Shown here piece by piece: positions 51,645-64,000 of a stretch of 64,000 bases of DNA. How positions within the stretch are numbered: the stretch's first letter is position 1; every line of letters starts with the position of its first letter. A program made the position numbers and the translations under genes. The stretch comes from Felis catus (taxonomy: Eukaryota), in assembly GCF_018350175.1 (NCBI RefSeq), contig NC_058368.1, positions 188,110,001 through 188,174,000 on the forward strand, written 5' to 3'. Below the pieces are notes generated by a model, which made no database searches, had not been told where the DNA came from, and saw only the letters and a program-made list of their open reading frames with translations.

Positions 51645-54489
51645 TGAGATATGTTTTTTCTATAAAAAATAATGTACTTTGTCAAATGCTTTTCTACCTC
51701 TGTTTTGATGATTTTGTGTGTTTTTCCTTTTTACACTATTAATATGCTGAATTACATGATTTGTTAAATGTTCTATCAACTTTGAATTTCTGGGGTAAAG
51801 TCTAGAACAATGCCATTTGCTTGATCATGATATATTATCCTTCTTACATGTTTTTAGATTTGACTTACCTTTTAGTTGACACTTTACTGCATATTCATGA
51901 GGGCTATTGGTCTGAAATTTTCTTATCTACTAATGCTGTCATTTGTAACGGTGGGCTCACAGAATAAGTTGATAAGTATTCCTTCCTCTTTAACTTTCTC
52001 AAGGAGTTTGTGTATTGTTTCTTTCTTAAAAATTTGATAGATTTCACCAAGGAAGCTATCTGGTCTTTGAGTTTTGTTTTTTCCTAAGAAAGTTGTTAAC
52101 TACAAATTCAAGTTATTTCTTCTTGAGTGAACTTTGTTTGATTATGTTTTTCAAGGAATTTATCCATTTAAATTGTCAAATTTAGAGGCATTTATTATTT
52201 ATTTTATAGACAGAGTTGTTCATAATGTCTTCTTATTGCTTTGATATCTGTAGAATCCATAGTGCTGTCATTTTTCTGATTCTGGTTATTGGGTTAATTT
52301 ATGTCTTTTCTCTTTTTTTTCTATTCAGTTTGGTTAGAGGCTTATAAATTTGATTGATTTCAAAGAATCAGCTTTTGATTTTAATGAATTTCTCTATTGT
52401 TTTTCTATTTTCTGTTTCATTGATTGTTCATTGATTTGTATTTATTATTTTCTTTCTTATGCTTACTTGGCTTTAACTTACTTTTCTTTTTCTAGTTTCT
52501 TAAGGTGGGAGCTTGGAATTTGAGGCTTTTCTTTTATTTTTTAGCATAGGCATTTCAGTGTTATAAATGTCCCCATAAGCACTGCTTTAGCAGCATGGTA
52601 TAAATTCTAAAATGCTGTGTTTTAATTTTCATTAACTTAAAAATGTTTTCTTCTTTCCCTTTTAATTTCTTCAACTCAGCTGTTATTTAGAAGTGTTTTA
52701 GATAGTTTCCAAATATTTGGGAATTTTATAGATAGCTGTCTGTTATTGATTTCTAATTTAATTTCATCTTCTCCAGGAAATATATTTTGTATGACTTGAG
52801 TTCTTTTAAATGTATTAAGATTTGTTTAGGTCTCAGAACTTGGTCTATCTTGGTAAATGATCCAAATAGTGTTAAGTGCTTTATACTTTTTTATATTTAA
52901 TCTTTACAACAATGCTTACTATTATTCCCATTTTAATGGAAAGGAAATAGGTGATACTGTATCCCCATTTTAAAGAGAAAAGGCTGAGGATCAATCAATT
53001 TAAATAGCTATTTAATGCCAGACAGCTATTAAGTAGTAGAACTAGAATGTGCTTCCAGGTCTGACAACAACACCAAGCTATTAACCACTCTTCCACAATT
53101 CCTCAATAGCCATTTCTCATTGCGATAAGCAGGGGAAAACCACTTCTGCTCAAGAGAGTATGAGTTCAGAGGTTAATTCCCTCTCTCTGAAAGTTCTGGG
53201 ATCTATCTCCTAAATTGCTCCTTCCTAGCATAAACACAATTGCTTCAGTTGTTGCAGACATAAAGGTGAATTTTGTGTGATGGTAAGAGATGCTCTAATC
53301 CCCAACTACTAATTTGAGTCAGAACCTTGCTTCTGAGCCCTGCTGCTGGCTGATGCTCAATTACTAGGTCACTCTAAGAGCACCCAAGAACAAAGATTGA
53401 CATAAGGTACTTTTGCCTCTTTGCAGGTAGCTGAGCAGGGCTGATTGCCCCTCAGAGTCCAATAATACCGAGGGAGGCTTTGGTCTAGCAGACTCTGTTT
53501 GTATGTTCCTTGAATTTACATAATACCTTCAAGTCAATCTGGATTGAAATGACTATTTCCTTAGTCTTTTCTTGTATTTAACTGTCAGGCATTAAAAGCA
53601 TCATCTTATTGCTAGTAAACATGGTTACAGTGCTTGTTCACTGGGACTGATGCCAATCTGGGAGCCTATTAGTCCAATTCAACAAAAGAATTTTTGGTCA
53701 TCTGCAGCTCCGATTATCCAAGTGATCTAGCCTCTTTCATACTTCTATTACCACAGTAATTTGACTCGGCTGTTAATGATCTTTCTGGCTGCATCCGAGG
53801 CCCTGCACAATGGGTTCATGTGAATAAATGTCTTCCAGGGGCATGTTCCACTTATATACAAAGTCAATTTAACTTCTACAGTTATTTGCAGGCACCCAAA
53901 TTGTTCATAATTGACTACTTCCTAATGCCACTTAGCCTAAAATCTGAAAGGAAAGGATTGTGCTGCCTAAGTGAGCTGCTCATTCCATGGTGCCATTTCT
54001 GCACCACTTGAAATGCTAAATGGTCAGCACCAAAGAAAGGGAAAGAACTCCTGGGGATCTTCTTTGAGCACCTAAATCTCTAACCTTCCACTGAAGTAGA
54101 CTGGCTTTTACATGCTAATTATTAGCCTGCAGATTGCTAAGGAGTTAAAACTCTTTGGTAAGAATATATAGTCCCCAGAAGTTACTCTGTGGTGTGTAGC
54201 ATCTGATTTAAATTTCTTCTGAGGAACATCACAAAGGATGTAGGATGGAGTTCTACAGCAACTCCAAAGTCTAAAGAAACCACTATTCTAGTTGACAGGT
54301 AATTGCTTAGGTCTTTGCTTTTTCCTAAATGGAAACTACATGGTTGAAAGAAATCTTTCCTTAAGATTTTGCAAATTTTTGACAAGTCACTAGTTAGCAA
54401 TGGCAAATCAGTTTTGGCTCATGTCAGTTGATTGGCTGGCATTAGATTTTTGGGGTTCAGTTTTGAGAATGATTCTGAGATCATTTTCT

Positions 54490-54711
54490 TTTTTCTTTCT
54501 TTCTTTCCCTTCCCTTCCCTTCCCTTTTCTTTTCTTTTCTTTTCTTTTCTTTTTTTAGAGAGAGAGAATGTGCATGCTAGGAGCAGAGGGTGAGGGAGAG
54601 ACAGAATCTTAAGCAGGCTCCATGCCAGGCTTGATATCATGACTGTGAGATCATGACCTGAGCCAAAATCAAAAGTCGGACACTCGACCAACTGAGCCAA
54701 CCAGACACCCC
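54490..54711 (-). mobile_element. Can-SINE with GAAAA-rich tail
   Basis: Head GGGGTGTCTGGTTGGCTCAGTTGG. Degenerate TSD tgagatcattttctt / tgaggccatattctt. Confidence 0.92.
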
Positions 54712-55689
54712 TGAGGCCATATTCTTGATCAATGGGAAAGAGTAAGGTGGTGATTGATTAGTGATGTCTGTCATGAACACAGTTATAAGGAATAATGGCA
54801 TACCCAGAATACTAGACTCTACACTAGGCACTGGGAATATAGGAATGAACAAGACAGATACAGCTGATGAACTCACAAAACTCACAGGGTGGGAATGATG
54901 ACTAAGGTCACTTCTTATTTTGTCATTTTAAAATTGTATGGTCCTTTTTCTGTCTACCACTGTCACTGTTAATGAATTATTGTAAAATAGCCACAATGCC
55001 AATTAAGACACAGTTATCTAGTAGGAGAACCCGATAAGAGGAAAGGTGCTCATTACATCAAGTAAGACTTATTTTGTAGTTATTCTGTTCTCTTTCTCTT
55101 CAAGAGCGCACAGGTCAAGAAGACCTTCATCTGATGAAGATGCTCCTTGCCAAACCAGTACCTTTCTCCATGGGGCTAGGTGGCTGCAGTCCTAGCCAGG
55201 GTCAACTCTTGTTTATGGAGAATGGAAAACAATGGACAGAAGAAGATTATCTGCGGAGGTGGAATGGTGGATTGCTTCTTCTCTGGGGCCACATGAGAAG
55301 GCAATTCCTGAGAGAGCAATCAGACCAGAACAAAGTGCATTCACCTTCTTGTTAACTGATCAACATCTGTTTCCAGATGTTTCCCTGTGCTGGTTATATA
55401 GTTTGTGCTCATTCACATGCAAAGCCTCTCTCCGTGTAGCTCAGCAGATGCCATCAACAGCTCCTCAGTTTGGTAGGGATAGGCTCTGTCTGCAACAGTC
55501 TCATAACTGCAACCTAGCAATGCTGGCACCAAAGTCAGAGCTCGGAACTCACTGCAAAAGGCACCCCCTCGGTGCACAGATGATGCAGCGGATCAGTGTC
55601 TTTCTCACCATGGTGACAGCAGTTGACATGGAAACAGTTGTTCTCGCTTATATACATAATCATTGCCCCTCACTCAGGCTTGCCAAATG

Positions 55690-56225
55690 TTGAAAATATC
55701 TGTCTGCCCAGCATTCATTTCTTCCATCTCTAGGAAATGCACCAAGATTATCTTTTGGGAAATCATCTGGACTGAACATCCAAACCATTTGTTTTGGATA
55801 TTATTTGTCCAAACTCAGCATGTGACCAATACCTGGTAAAACTGAGCCATAGGAATGTGTAACCAAGCCATTCTGAGCCCATGAGTGTCAGGTCCAGATT
55901 TTGCTAGAACGATTGGGAAAGTGACAGGGTTTTGCCTGACATTATATGCTGATGGAAAAGAAGCCTGTGGCGGCTGGAAGCTGTCTGTACCACCAGCTGT
56001 GTAGAACATGCTTGAAAATAAAGAAAATTTAGAGGAAAAAAAGAGCTGAGGAGCTAAGAGAGACACAATATGCTGATAAAATATGAACACCTGCATGCAG
56101 CCTTACTTGAACTTAAATACACCTTTTGACTTTTCAGGTATATGAACCAATTTTTACCCCTTTTGTTTAAGGAAGTTTGAGTTAGGCTTCTGTCACTTGC
56201 ACCCACAAAAGTCCTGATCAATACA
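55690..56225 (+). mobile_element. Old ERVL/MaLR solo LTR (LTR16/LTR33/MLT1K-like)
   Basis: 3' end tttgtttaaggaagtttgagttaggcttctgtcacttgcacccacaaaagtcctgatcaataca. Confidence 0.7.
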
Positions 56226-58944
56226 CATGTTTTCTCCCTCTGTGGAGATTTTCATAGGAATTGAGCAGAACTAGAAATACACCTTTGAAAGTTTCAGCAT
56301 TTGAACAATCTACACCTTTCTAGAAGCCCTGCTTCTGGAAAGATATCAGTTCATCGGCACATGACTAGTTGATAATTGCTACCTGCCAAGCATTGTGTTG
56401 GACACCATGGTGAGGAAGGAAGAAGCCAGCCAGGGGCCCTGTCCTCACAGAGTTTACAGCCTGGGCAGGAAGGCAGCAGTAATACAAGTTAAAACTTAGA
56501 GCAGAAGTTCTCACCTTCAGGACCACAGCACACTGGTGAGTCACCATATATTATGAGGTATGCCACAAAGAATTTGTGACTCATGAAGCTAAAGTACCAA
56601 TGTTGGCAGATGATTTAAAAAATAAACATGAATTAGAGTAGATTCAAGGTTATCACAATAATAATGTCATATTCATTCATCTGGTTCTTCAGAATGCTTT
56701 CCTGAGTGGAGAGAAAGGGTTGACATAATAGCTAACACCCACATACCTGTGTCTCCGGGAGTGTACTGTTCTCAAGGATGCTATCCAACCTGTGTCCCCA
56801 AGCAATGACAATAATATCCAAGTGCAGGGGCAGAAGGAGTGGCAACAACAGGAGAATTGCCCGCACTTATTGTGCGCTGTTTAGGCACCAGGTACTGTGC
56901 TGGGAGCATTAGAAGGGCTGTCTCATTTACTGTACATGAGAAAGCTCTGAGTAATTATCCTCCCCGTCTGGCAGATCAAAGAACAACCCAACGCTAAACA
57001 GTGTGACTCAAGCACAACCGGTCTTCCGAGGAGGGGAGAGATCAGCATAGGCTGGATTCGTTGGAAAAGGGTCAAGGGAGGGTGTGAGCCTCCAACAGGA
57101 CCACAAGTGACAAGCAGAATCTGCACAAGCAGGGAGGAAGGGGGTGGGCATGTGGGCTCTGATGTAAGTGAGACACCCGCAGCACACCGGTGCCCTTCTC
57201 ACCGTCCAGGCACCTTTACGGCCAGTATCAGGACATTGTGAGACAAGTGCAACTGCCCAGCACCTGCCTGGCCCTTGTGTGCACTCCTTCCCTTCTCTGG
57301 GCCTTTGTCCGTGCTACTCACTCCACCCATGCCCCCTTTGGTTAAGTGGCTCCTAAGAGACACTCTGGACACTCAGATCCTTTCTACCCTCTCTTGAGAA
57401 GTGGAGCTGTCCTTCCCTGGGCTGCTGGACAAACTTCAGGGTCCCTTCAGGCTGCCAGTTTCCTGGACTCCCCACTGTGGTGCTCCCCCTTGACCCAGCC
57501 CCAGCTGGAGACTTGTCCCCACTCTTCCTGTTGGCATGCCCCAAACTCCAGAGCAGCACACATACCTGTCCTGCACCCCCTCCCTCTGTTTCTTTCACTC
57601 AGCCAGCCAGCTTGCCTGTTAGCCAGCAGCCGACATCCTGAAAAAAACCAACCAACTAACCAACCCCAAGTCTGCCCGCTTTCCTTGCCAAAACCTTTAC
57701 AGTTAATAATGAGCTTTTAGTAACTGCTCACTAAGTGCCCGGCACCATCCCAAACAGCTGTGTGTGTGTTGCTTCATCAGATCTTCCTCAAGAGACCTTG
57801 AAACAGGGCGAGTGCCACCTACACTTTACCCACCAGGAAGCCATGGCTCCAAGAAGCGATGAAACCTATGTCATTTTCCAAGTGAAGTGGGTAGCATGAA
57901 GCCAGACACACTGGCTCTCCTGTGTCTGCCAAGGCCTCCGGGATCCAACCCCGCAGCCTCAGGCTCCCCGTAAGGCCCTCCACCATCAACCCTTGGGTTA
58001 GTTCTCTAGTCTTGACTTCCCACGTGGCCTCACAGCACACTCTGACCACTGGAGCAGACAAGGGGCAGTGGCCGGATGTCCTCTGCCTTGCCCCCGCCAC
58101 TGTGCTGTTGCTTATCTGGGTTCTCTACCTGAAATGCCAGCCCTTGCCATCTCCGTTTGTCAATCCACCCTTTAAACATTGCCTATTCCTCAAGGTTTTG
58201 CAATATGCTCTGTCACCTCATTGTCATCCAAATTAATTTCTGCCATTTCCACATATATCTGTCATATCTCTTTCACAGTGCATCTCTCTTATTTTGCCAT
58301 TATTTGGGGATAGTTATTTTATCATGAATCCGTGACAGGCAGAAATCAGGTTTTGTTCTTAGTGAGTTCCACCCAGGCATTTAGATCAGTGCCCTGCATG
58401 TAGGAGCCGCTCACGAAATGTTAGCAGAGTTAGCTGAATGGCCACCAAATCTACTTTCTCGAAACACCTTTCCACAACAGCCCACCTAAAGGGCTTGGAA
58501 TGTCCATCAGTAGAGTCATTCCTCTGATCTAAAATCTTGCCTCCAGAATGTCTCTGCTGAAATGGGAGGATTAACTCATCAGAACCTTGGGTTATTAGTA
58601 ACTCAACCACTAAAGTTAAACCATGAGGTGGTCTGGAATGAATGGACTTGTTTTCCAAGGTAAGCGATGCCTCATTTTTCACTGTGGACACACTTGAGGA
58701 ACTGCTCCAATCTACTTCTTTCAGCAGTGAAATTATTCCCAAGTAGTTGTGGGCTTCCAGTCCATTCCCTGTGATAATTCAATAGCTATTTACAGAGGAC
58801 AACATGATCTTTCTGGTTCTGGAGGCGACATGAGTGGAATGGGGGGACACAACACTCCTGGGGTTCTGGCCACGAAGCTTGCTGTATCCCACTCAAAAGC
58901 CCTTGTGCAGAAACCCTGCAATGGGAGAGAGAGTGCAAAAGAAC

Positions 58945-59378
58945 TCCAGCGAGCTGAATGTTGTCTTTCAAATTTATGTCCACCTAAAACCTCAGAACAT
59001 GACCTTTTTTGGAAACAGGTTCATTGTAGATGTAATTAAGTTAAGATGGAGATCAAACTGGATTAAGGTGGCCTCAAATCCAATGACGGGTGTCTTTGTA
59101 AGAAGAGAAGAGGACATGTCCACCCACGGAGTAGAATATGTGGAGATGGGGCAGAAATGGGAGGTACTCAGTTACAAGCCAAGGAATGTCGAGTCTTGCC
59201 CACAGCTACCAGGAACTAAGGGAGAAACATGGGACAGATGCTCCCTTGGAGCCTCCAGAAAGAACCAATCTTGCCAACACTTTGATTTTGGGCTTCTAGC
59301 CTCCAGAACTGTGTAAGAATAAATTCCTGCTGTTTTAAGCCACCAAATTTGTCATGGCAACCTGAGGAAACTAGTATA
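58945..59378 (+). mobile_element. MaLR LTR (MLT1B/C-like)
   Basis: cctcagaacatgaccttttttggaaacagg, aaatccaatgacgggtgtc, gcctccagaactgtgtaagaataaattcctgctgttttaagcca. Confidence 0.9.
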
Positions 59379-59395
59379 GGAATCAACATGTACAT

Positions 59396-59548
59396 GGGGC
59401 GCCTGGGTGGCTCAGTCGGTTAAGTGTCCAATTTCGGCTCAGGTCATGAGCTTGTGGTTTGTGAGTTCGAACCCCACATCAGGTTGTCGCACAAAGCCTA
59501 CTTCAGATCCTTTGTCCCTTTTTCTCTCTGCCCCTCCCCTTCATGCCA

Positions 59549-59582
<34 letters not shown>

Positions 59583-59608
59583 AAAAATAAACATTAAAAA
59601 AAAAAAAA
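59396..59608 (+). mobile_element. Feline SINE
   Basis: TSD aggaatcaacatgtaca / aggaatcgacatgtgca. Confidence 0.95.
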
Positions 59609-61452
59609 GGAATCGACATGTGCAGGTGGTCTAACCTATACCAAGCACTTTACTTCTGCTACTACACAACCCTTAAGAAAAGAGTTATTACCCCCTTTTT
59701 ATAGATGGGAAAGACCAAGACACAGAGAGGCTCGCTAGGAACTTGTCTGTCACGAAGCTGGAAAAATGGAAAAGCTGGGTTTTCAGTCTTTGAAGCTGTA
59801 TTAGGCTGTGGGCAAGCTTCTTCCATCCCTTACACCCTCTCAATTTTCTTTCCTTTGGGGTTTATCAAGTACCAGGCACTGCTGCAAAAGTCTATACGCT
59901 GGTTCCCAGGGCAGTTCCCTTTGTTCACAGGTGTGTCCCGAGTGCACAGGGCAGCTCCTGGCCTGTAATAGTTGCTTCATAAATATGGCTGAATAAATTA
60001 ATCCTCCCCCAAATATCATGAGCTAGGTGTAATTATTATACTCATTTTACAGAAGAGGAAAATGAGGTACAGAGGAGGTCAGTAACTTGCCCAGAGTCCT
60101 GACCACTGGTATCAGATCACAGGGTGTGATTCCTTCCCTCACCCACATGCCAAATGACACTGACATTCGTAAACCCAGGTCCTTAGAATGAACTGTTCTT
60201 CATCATCTTCACATCTCCATAACCACTATCATTTAGTGCTAGTGCTGGGCAAAGTATTTTGTAAGCAGTCTTATCTTAACCCTTATTGTATACCTATGAG
60301 CTAGTTACTGCTAGCATCTGCTTTAACATACTGGGAACTGAAGCTTAGCAAAATGAAGTAATGATACCAGTGTCACACCGCTGGTGAACAACAGGATCAG
60401 GATTCAAGGTCACGTCTTTCTGATTCTAAAGTCTATGCTCCTAGCCATCAAGTAGATTGCCTCTCTTAGCAGGAGCCCCACTAATGTGAACAACCCCAAA
60501 AGAATAGAAGCTAGTGGCTACTGCCCTGCCCTCCTTGCCTTTCCTAGGCTCCCTCCTCCAGATCCACAGATGGGACTTCTATCTCTGCATAGCCTTGGAT
60601 TGTCTGTGCTCACTCAGCTTATCTTGGGTTGGTTCTGTTTGCCTTCTGCCAGAACGTATAAGGTTCTTGCCTGGAGTCCCCTCCACCTTTCTTCACCTAA
60701 AGCTGAGGTTGGCTCATTCACTTGTCTGTCAGGGATGGGTTTAAAGATAGAAGAGGACCATGGATGCGCCAGGGACGTAGCAGTGAAAAGGTAAATGCTG
60801 TTTCTCCTCTCAGGAGACTTCATCTAATGTTTTCTCTCTGCTAGTTCCCAAAAGTCCTATCTTATTTATTTCCCCAGGCAACTGCCAGCTTCATGCCATA
60901 GTGAACATTTTTTATGCAATCCCAAGATGCATTTTTTTTTCCTGAACTAAGGATACTTAAAACAAAGATTCGGTAATGATACTGCATTTTAACAGATTCA
61001 ATATTCCAGAATAATAATCATAATAATAATATGGGAGAATTTCTGGCATCAGAAAAGGGAGTAGCTTCATGGAGAAAGGTGGGAGGGCTTCTCACCCTTG
61101 GAATTGTACCATAGAGGTGGGTGTCCACCCGGCTTGTGAGAGAGACTGGTTTTGCCTAGAGAGACCTTACATTCTCTTTGGTCTGACTGAGTTTCTAAGA
61201 AGATTTTTTGAATTTGATAGAAAGAACAATAAGGAAACCCAGAGAACATCTTGACCAGCCTCCCGCATTCACTAATGGAGAAAATGGGACTCTCCAAAGG
61301 AAGTCACTTCCCAAGCTGACAAGCACTGGTTGACTGAGTCCCAGTACCTTCCCATACACACTATTGGGTCACCACATTAGTGGTCTTTCTGGATGTCCTT
61401 GAAATGCCCCAAAGTAGGAGAAAAGGGTTTTTCTTATGAGAAGGGAAGGAAA

Positions 61453-61708
61453 GGGGCGCCTCGGTGGCGCAGTCGGTTAAGCGTCCGTCTTCAGCCAGGT
61501 CACGATCTCGCGGTCCGTGAGTTCGAGCCCCGCGTCAGGCTCTGGGCTGATGGCTCACAGCCTGGAGCCTGTTTCCGATTCTGTGTCTCCCTCTCTCTCT
61601 GCCCCTCCCCCGTTCATGCTCTGTCTCCTCTGTCCCAAAAATAAATAAACGTTGAAAAAAAAATTTAAAAATAAAAAAATAAAAAAATAAAAAAATAATA
61701 AAAAAAAA
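61453..61708 (+). mobile_element. Very young feline SINE (SINEC_Fc-like)
   Basis: CpGs retained. A-box TGGCGCAGTCGG, B-box GAGTTCGAGCC, long A-rich tail. Perfect TSD agaagggaaggaaa at 61439-61452 and 61708-61721. Confidence 0.97.
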
Positions 61709-63294
61709 GAAGGGAAGGAAAGGGGGTCATCCACAGCCTCTCCTGGAACTTGCCATTTATAATCATGTCAAGGAGACCTACCCTGGACTTGGCTCTGAAA
61801 TCCAGGAATAAAAATGTGAAGAGGAAGGAGAGGCTGAGAAGGGCCTTGATGCAGAGCAGGCAAAGGCAGCAAAGGTGGTGCTGAGTGGAACCAGGGCTTG
61901 AGGAGTTATCTCACCAGGAAGACAATAGATTTGGCAGATGGCCTCACCAATCCTACAAAGCTGGGGCCCCTCAGAGCAGACTTTACTCACTGAATTGTTC
62001 ATTCTCTGGAAAGGACAACCCAGCTTAAGAATAAAGCCAAATGAACACCTAGTCTAGAACCACATGTTGGAGGAGAGGGCCCTTCTCATCTTCTGTCATG
62101 ACCCTATTGAGGACTGAGTCATGGAAACTCTAGAACCTTCTATATGTATCCCTACATCTAGGGTGCAGTAGGAGCTACTCAATCAATATTTATTGAGTGA
62201 ATGAGTCTCCTGGGAGGGGTAATATATTAACATATTATCTGCTGCTAATAGCTTTGTGCAAATTAGCTTAAAATTAAAATGAGCACCTCTTCGGCACTTT
62301 GCATCTTATTAAGGCAGCATATGCAGAATTCCATTTAGTTTTCACAGTATTGTTGGAAAGGCTGTATTTACGATCTTGGGTAAATTATTTAACCTTTCTA
62401 TGCCTTGGTTTCCCCATCTATAAAATGGAACGAATAGTGCCAACCTCATAGAGGTAGAATTAATGGGATAAAAAATGTAAAGCCTGAGAGTCTTTCCATA
62501 GGGACTGTGACCTCTATGTATTGTGGCCTGTTTCCCCATTCCCAGAAGATAGGTTAATATGTAGTGACTTGGGATGTGGAGACAGAACTGCGGTTGATGT
62601 CATTTCTTCACAGTCGCCATCTTGGACCCCAGCTTAGCTGGCAGACAGTATTCCACCAAAACAGAATGTGGGCTAGTATCCACTTCTGGCCTCATAACTT
62701 TAGCCCAGAATTTTGCTTTGGAAGACATTAGAGATTCTTTTTCCTCGGTTGTTTACTTGTTCTCAGATCATGTGGAAAGCCCTCTGGAACCTTCTGACAA
62801 TGTTAATATGGGGCCAGAAAACTGGTGACGGAAAAGCTGGGAGGAAAGTGTGAGAAGGGCACAGGAATTGCTGGGGGCCGCTGTCTTCTTGTCTTGATGT
62901 TTATTCTCCACATTTTTGTAAGCTGGATCTTCACAAGTGCCCAAGGGGTATTGCCAAGTCGAGTTCCCTCCCTCCACTCTGTCCCCTTCTGCCCCATACC
63001 TCTAGTCTGAGCCTGGTAAATGGGTCCCCACTCTTCCTGGCCCCACCTTCCTTCTTCTCTCCATGAACACTCTCTTGCAGGGGAATGGCTCTATAAACAA
63101 GAGAGACAAAGAAAAGAGGAGACACAAGGCACCAAGAGAGCAAAAGGGTGAGAGTGGACAGGAATGTAAAACAAAGAAAAGAAGTAGATGCTGGGCATGG
63201 GTGGTGGGGGGTGACAATAACTCAGAAGATGGATACCCAAGAGGTAGCATGGGTTCAGCCATTGATAGGGACTTAGAACTTGGGGCATTTCACA

Positions 63295-63590
63295 TCAGAG
63301 GTTGCAAGTGGCTAGCCTATGGGCTGAATCCAGCCAAACACTAGTTTGGGGGCTCACACAGTGTTTTAAAATTTAAGAAACTTCTCATAAAAATCCAAAT
63401 ATTCAGCTTGAAAAATCTGGTCATGAGAGTTCACATTTCTTCACGCCAACAATGGACCAGAGCTGGATGGGGCAAATGCCATTCCCAGTTTGCCACAGGC
63501 CCCACCACTCTGTTGCATGACACTCAGCCTGGTTCTCTTACTTAAATTACCTTCCTAGTGCCTATAGGTACCTGAGTTTGAGAGACTTAT
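63295..63590. mobile_element. hAT/Charlie-derived MITE (MER33/MER58-like)
   Basis: cagaggttgcaagtggctagcctatgggctgaatccagcc start, internal aaaatccaaatattcagcttgaaaaatctgg, end cctgagtttgagagac. Confidence 0.55.
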
Positions 63591-64000
63591 TTTACATGTA
63601 TCATTTTTAGCACCAGCTGGTGAACCCACCTTTTTCTGAACTAGTCATACCCACAGTAAATGCACAGGCAATCACCATGAGATGGTTTTGAAAGGAAGAG
63701 TAGAGAAGGATGGAGGGAGAAGTAGATATAAAAAGGAAGAGAAAAACTTTAAGTGGGAAAGGAAAAAATCCAGAGCAAAGGACAGGGAGGGTAGACAAGC
63801 AGATAGAGAGTCAGAATTCTCCTTTCCCATCAGGCTCCCTAGCTCTCTGAATTTCCTTAAACAAGGCATGTGATCTTTGTGGGTCAGTAACTTTCCTCAT
63901 TAGTATCAGGTTGCATCAACATGTTCATTATCAAAAAGTCAACTTTCCATGGGGCTCCTCTATAAGTAAATCAGATGGAGATTCTCAAATAAATTAATCA

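Larger units (their letters stand above)
48505..52870 (-). mobile_element. About 4.3-kb ancient L1M (L1MB/MC-like) carrying four younger SINE insertions
   Basis: T-rich antisense L1 3' UTR and ORF2. Minus-strand peptide LANAVRQEK..IRKEELNLSLLTHDMIIYVENP is a decayed reverse-transcriptase FADD region. Confidence 0.92.

Noticed and set aside
2646..52870. L1 strand bias as evidence of a minus-strand host gene
   Set aside because: Five short L1s are on plus but the largest is on minus. Too few to infer a transcription unit.
61453..61540. tRNA-like A/B boxes as a tRNA gene
   Set aside because: tRNA-derived SINE head continuing into a SINE body, tail and TSD. The same applies to the other SINE heads.

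Overview
Mammalian nuclear genomic DNA, almost certainly felid: it carries many tRNA-derived carnivore/feline SINEs (Can-SINE/SINEC_Fc type) and feline-type L1 3' ends. I can support no cellular protein-coding exon, structural RNA gene or CRISPR array. The long ORFs trace to L1 ORF2 remnants, SINEs or simple repeats, and I recognise none of the rest. The window looks intergenic or deep-intronic and is rich in old MIR, L2, MaLR and MER relics. There is one isolated CpG island (~20.8-21.3 kb) with AP-1, CRE-like, NF-kB-like and GC-box motifs, and several repeat-free blocks that may be enhancers. I did not find a convincing new biological system. The most unusual structures are three mutational footprints: a 69-bp templated insertion copied more than once from a donor about 1.5 kb away (5172-5295 vs 6764-6834), a candidate L1 3' transduction (3734-3875), and a nested MER5A/SINE insertion that may be a SINE-mediated 3' transduction (12047-12605). 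Repeat subfamily names come from recalled consensus features and need RepeatMasker/Dfam confirmation.
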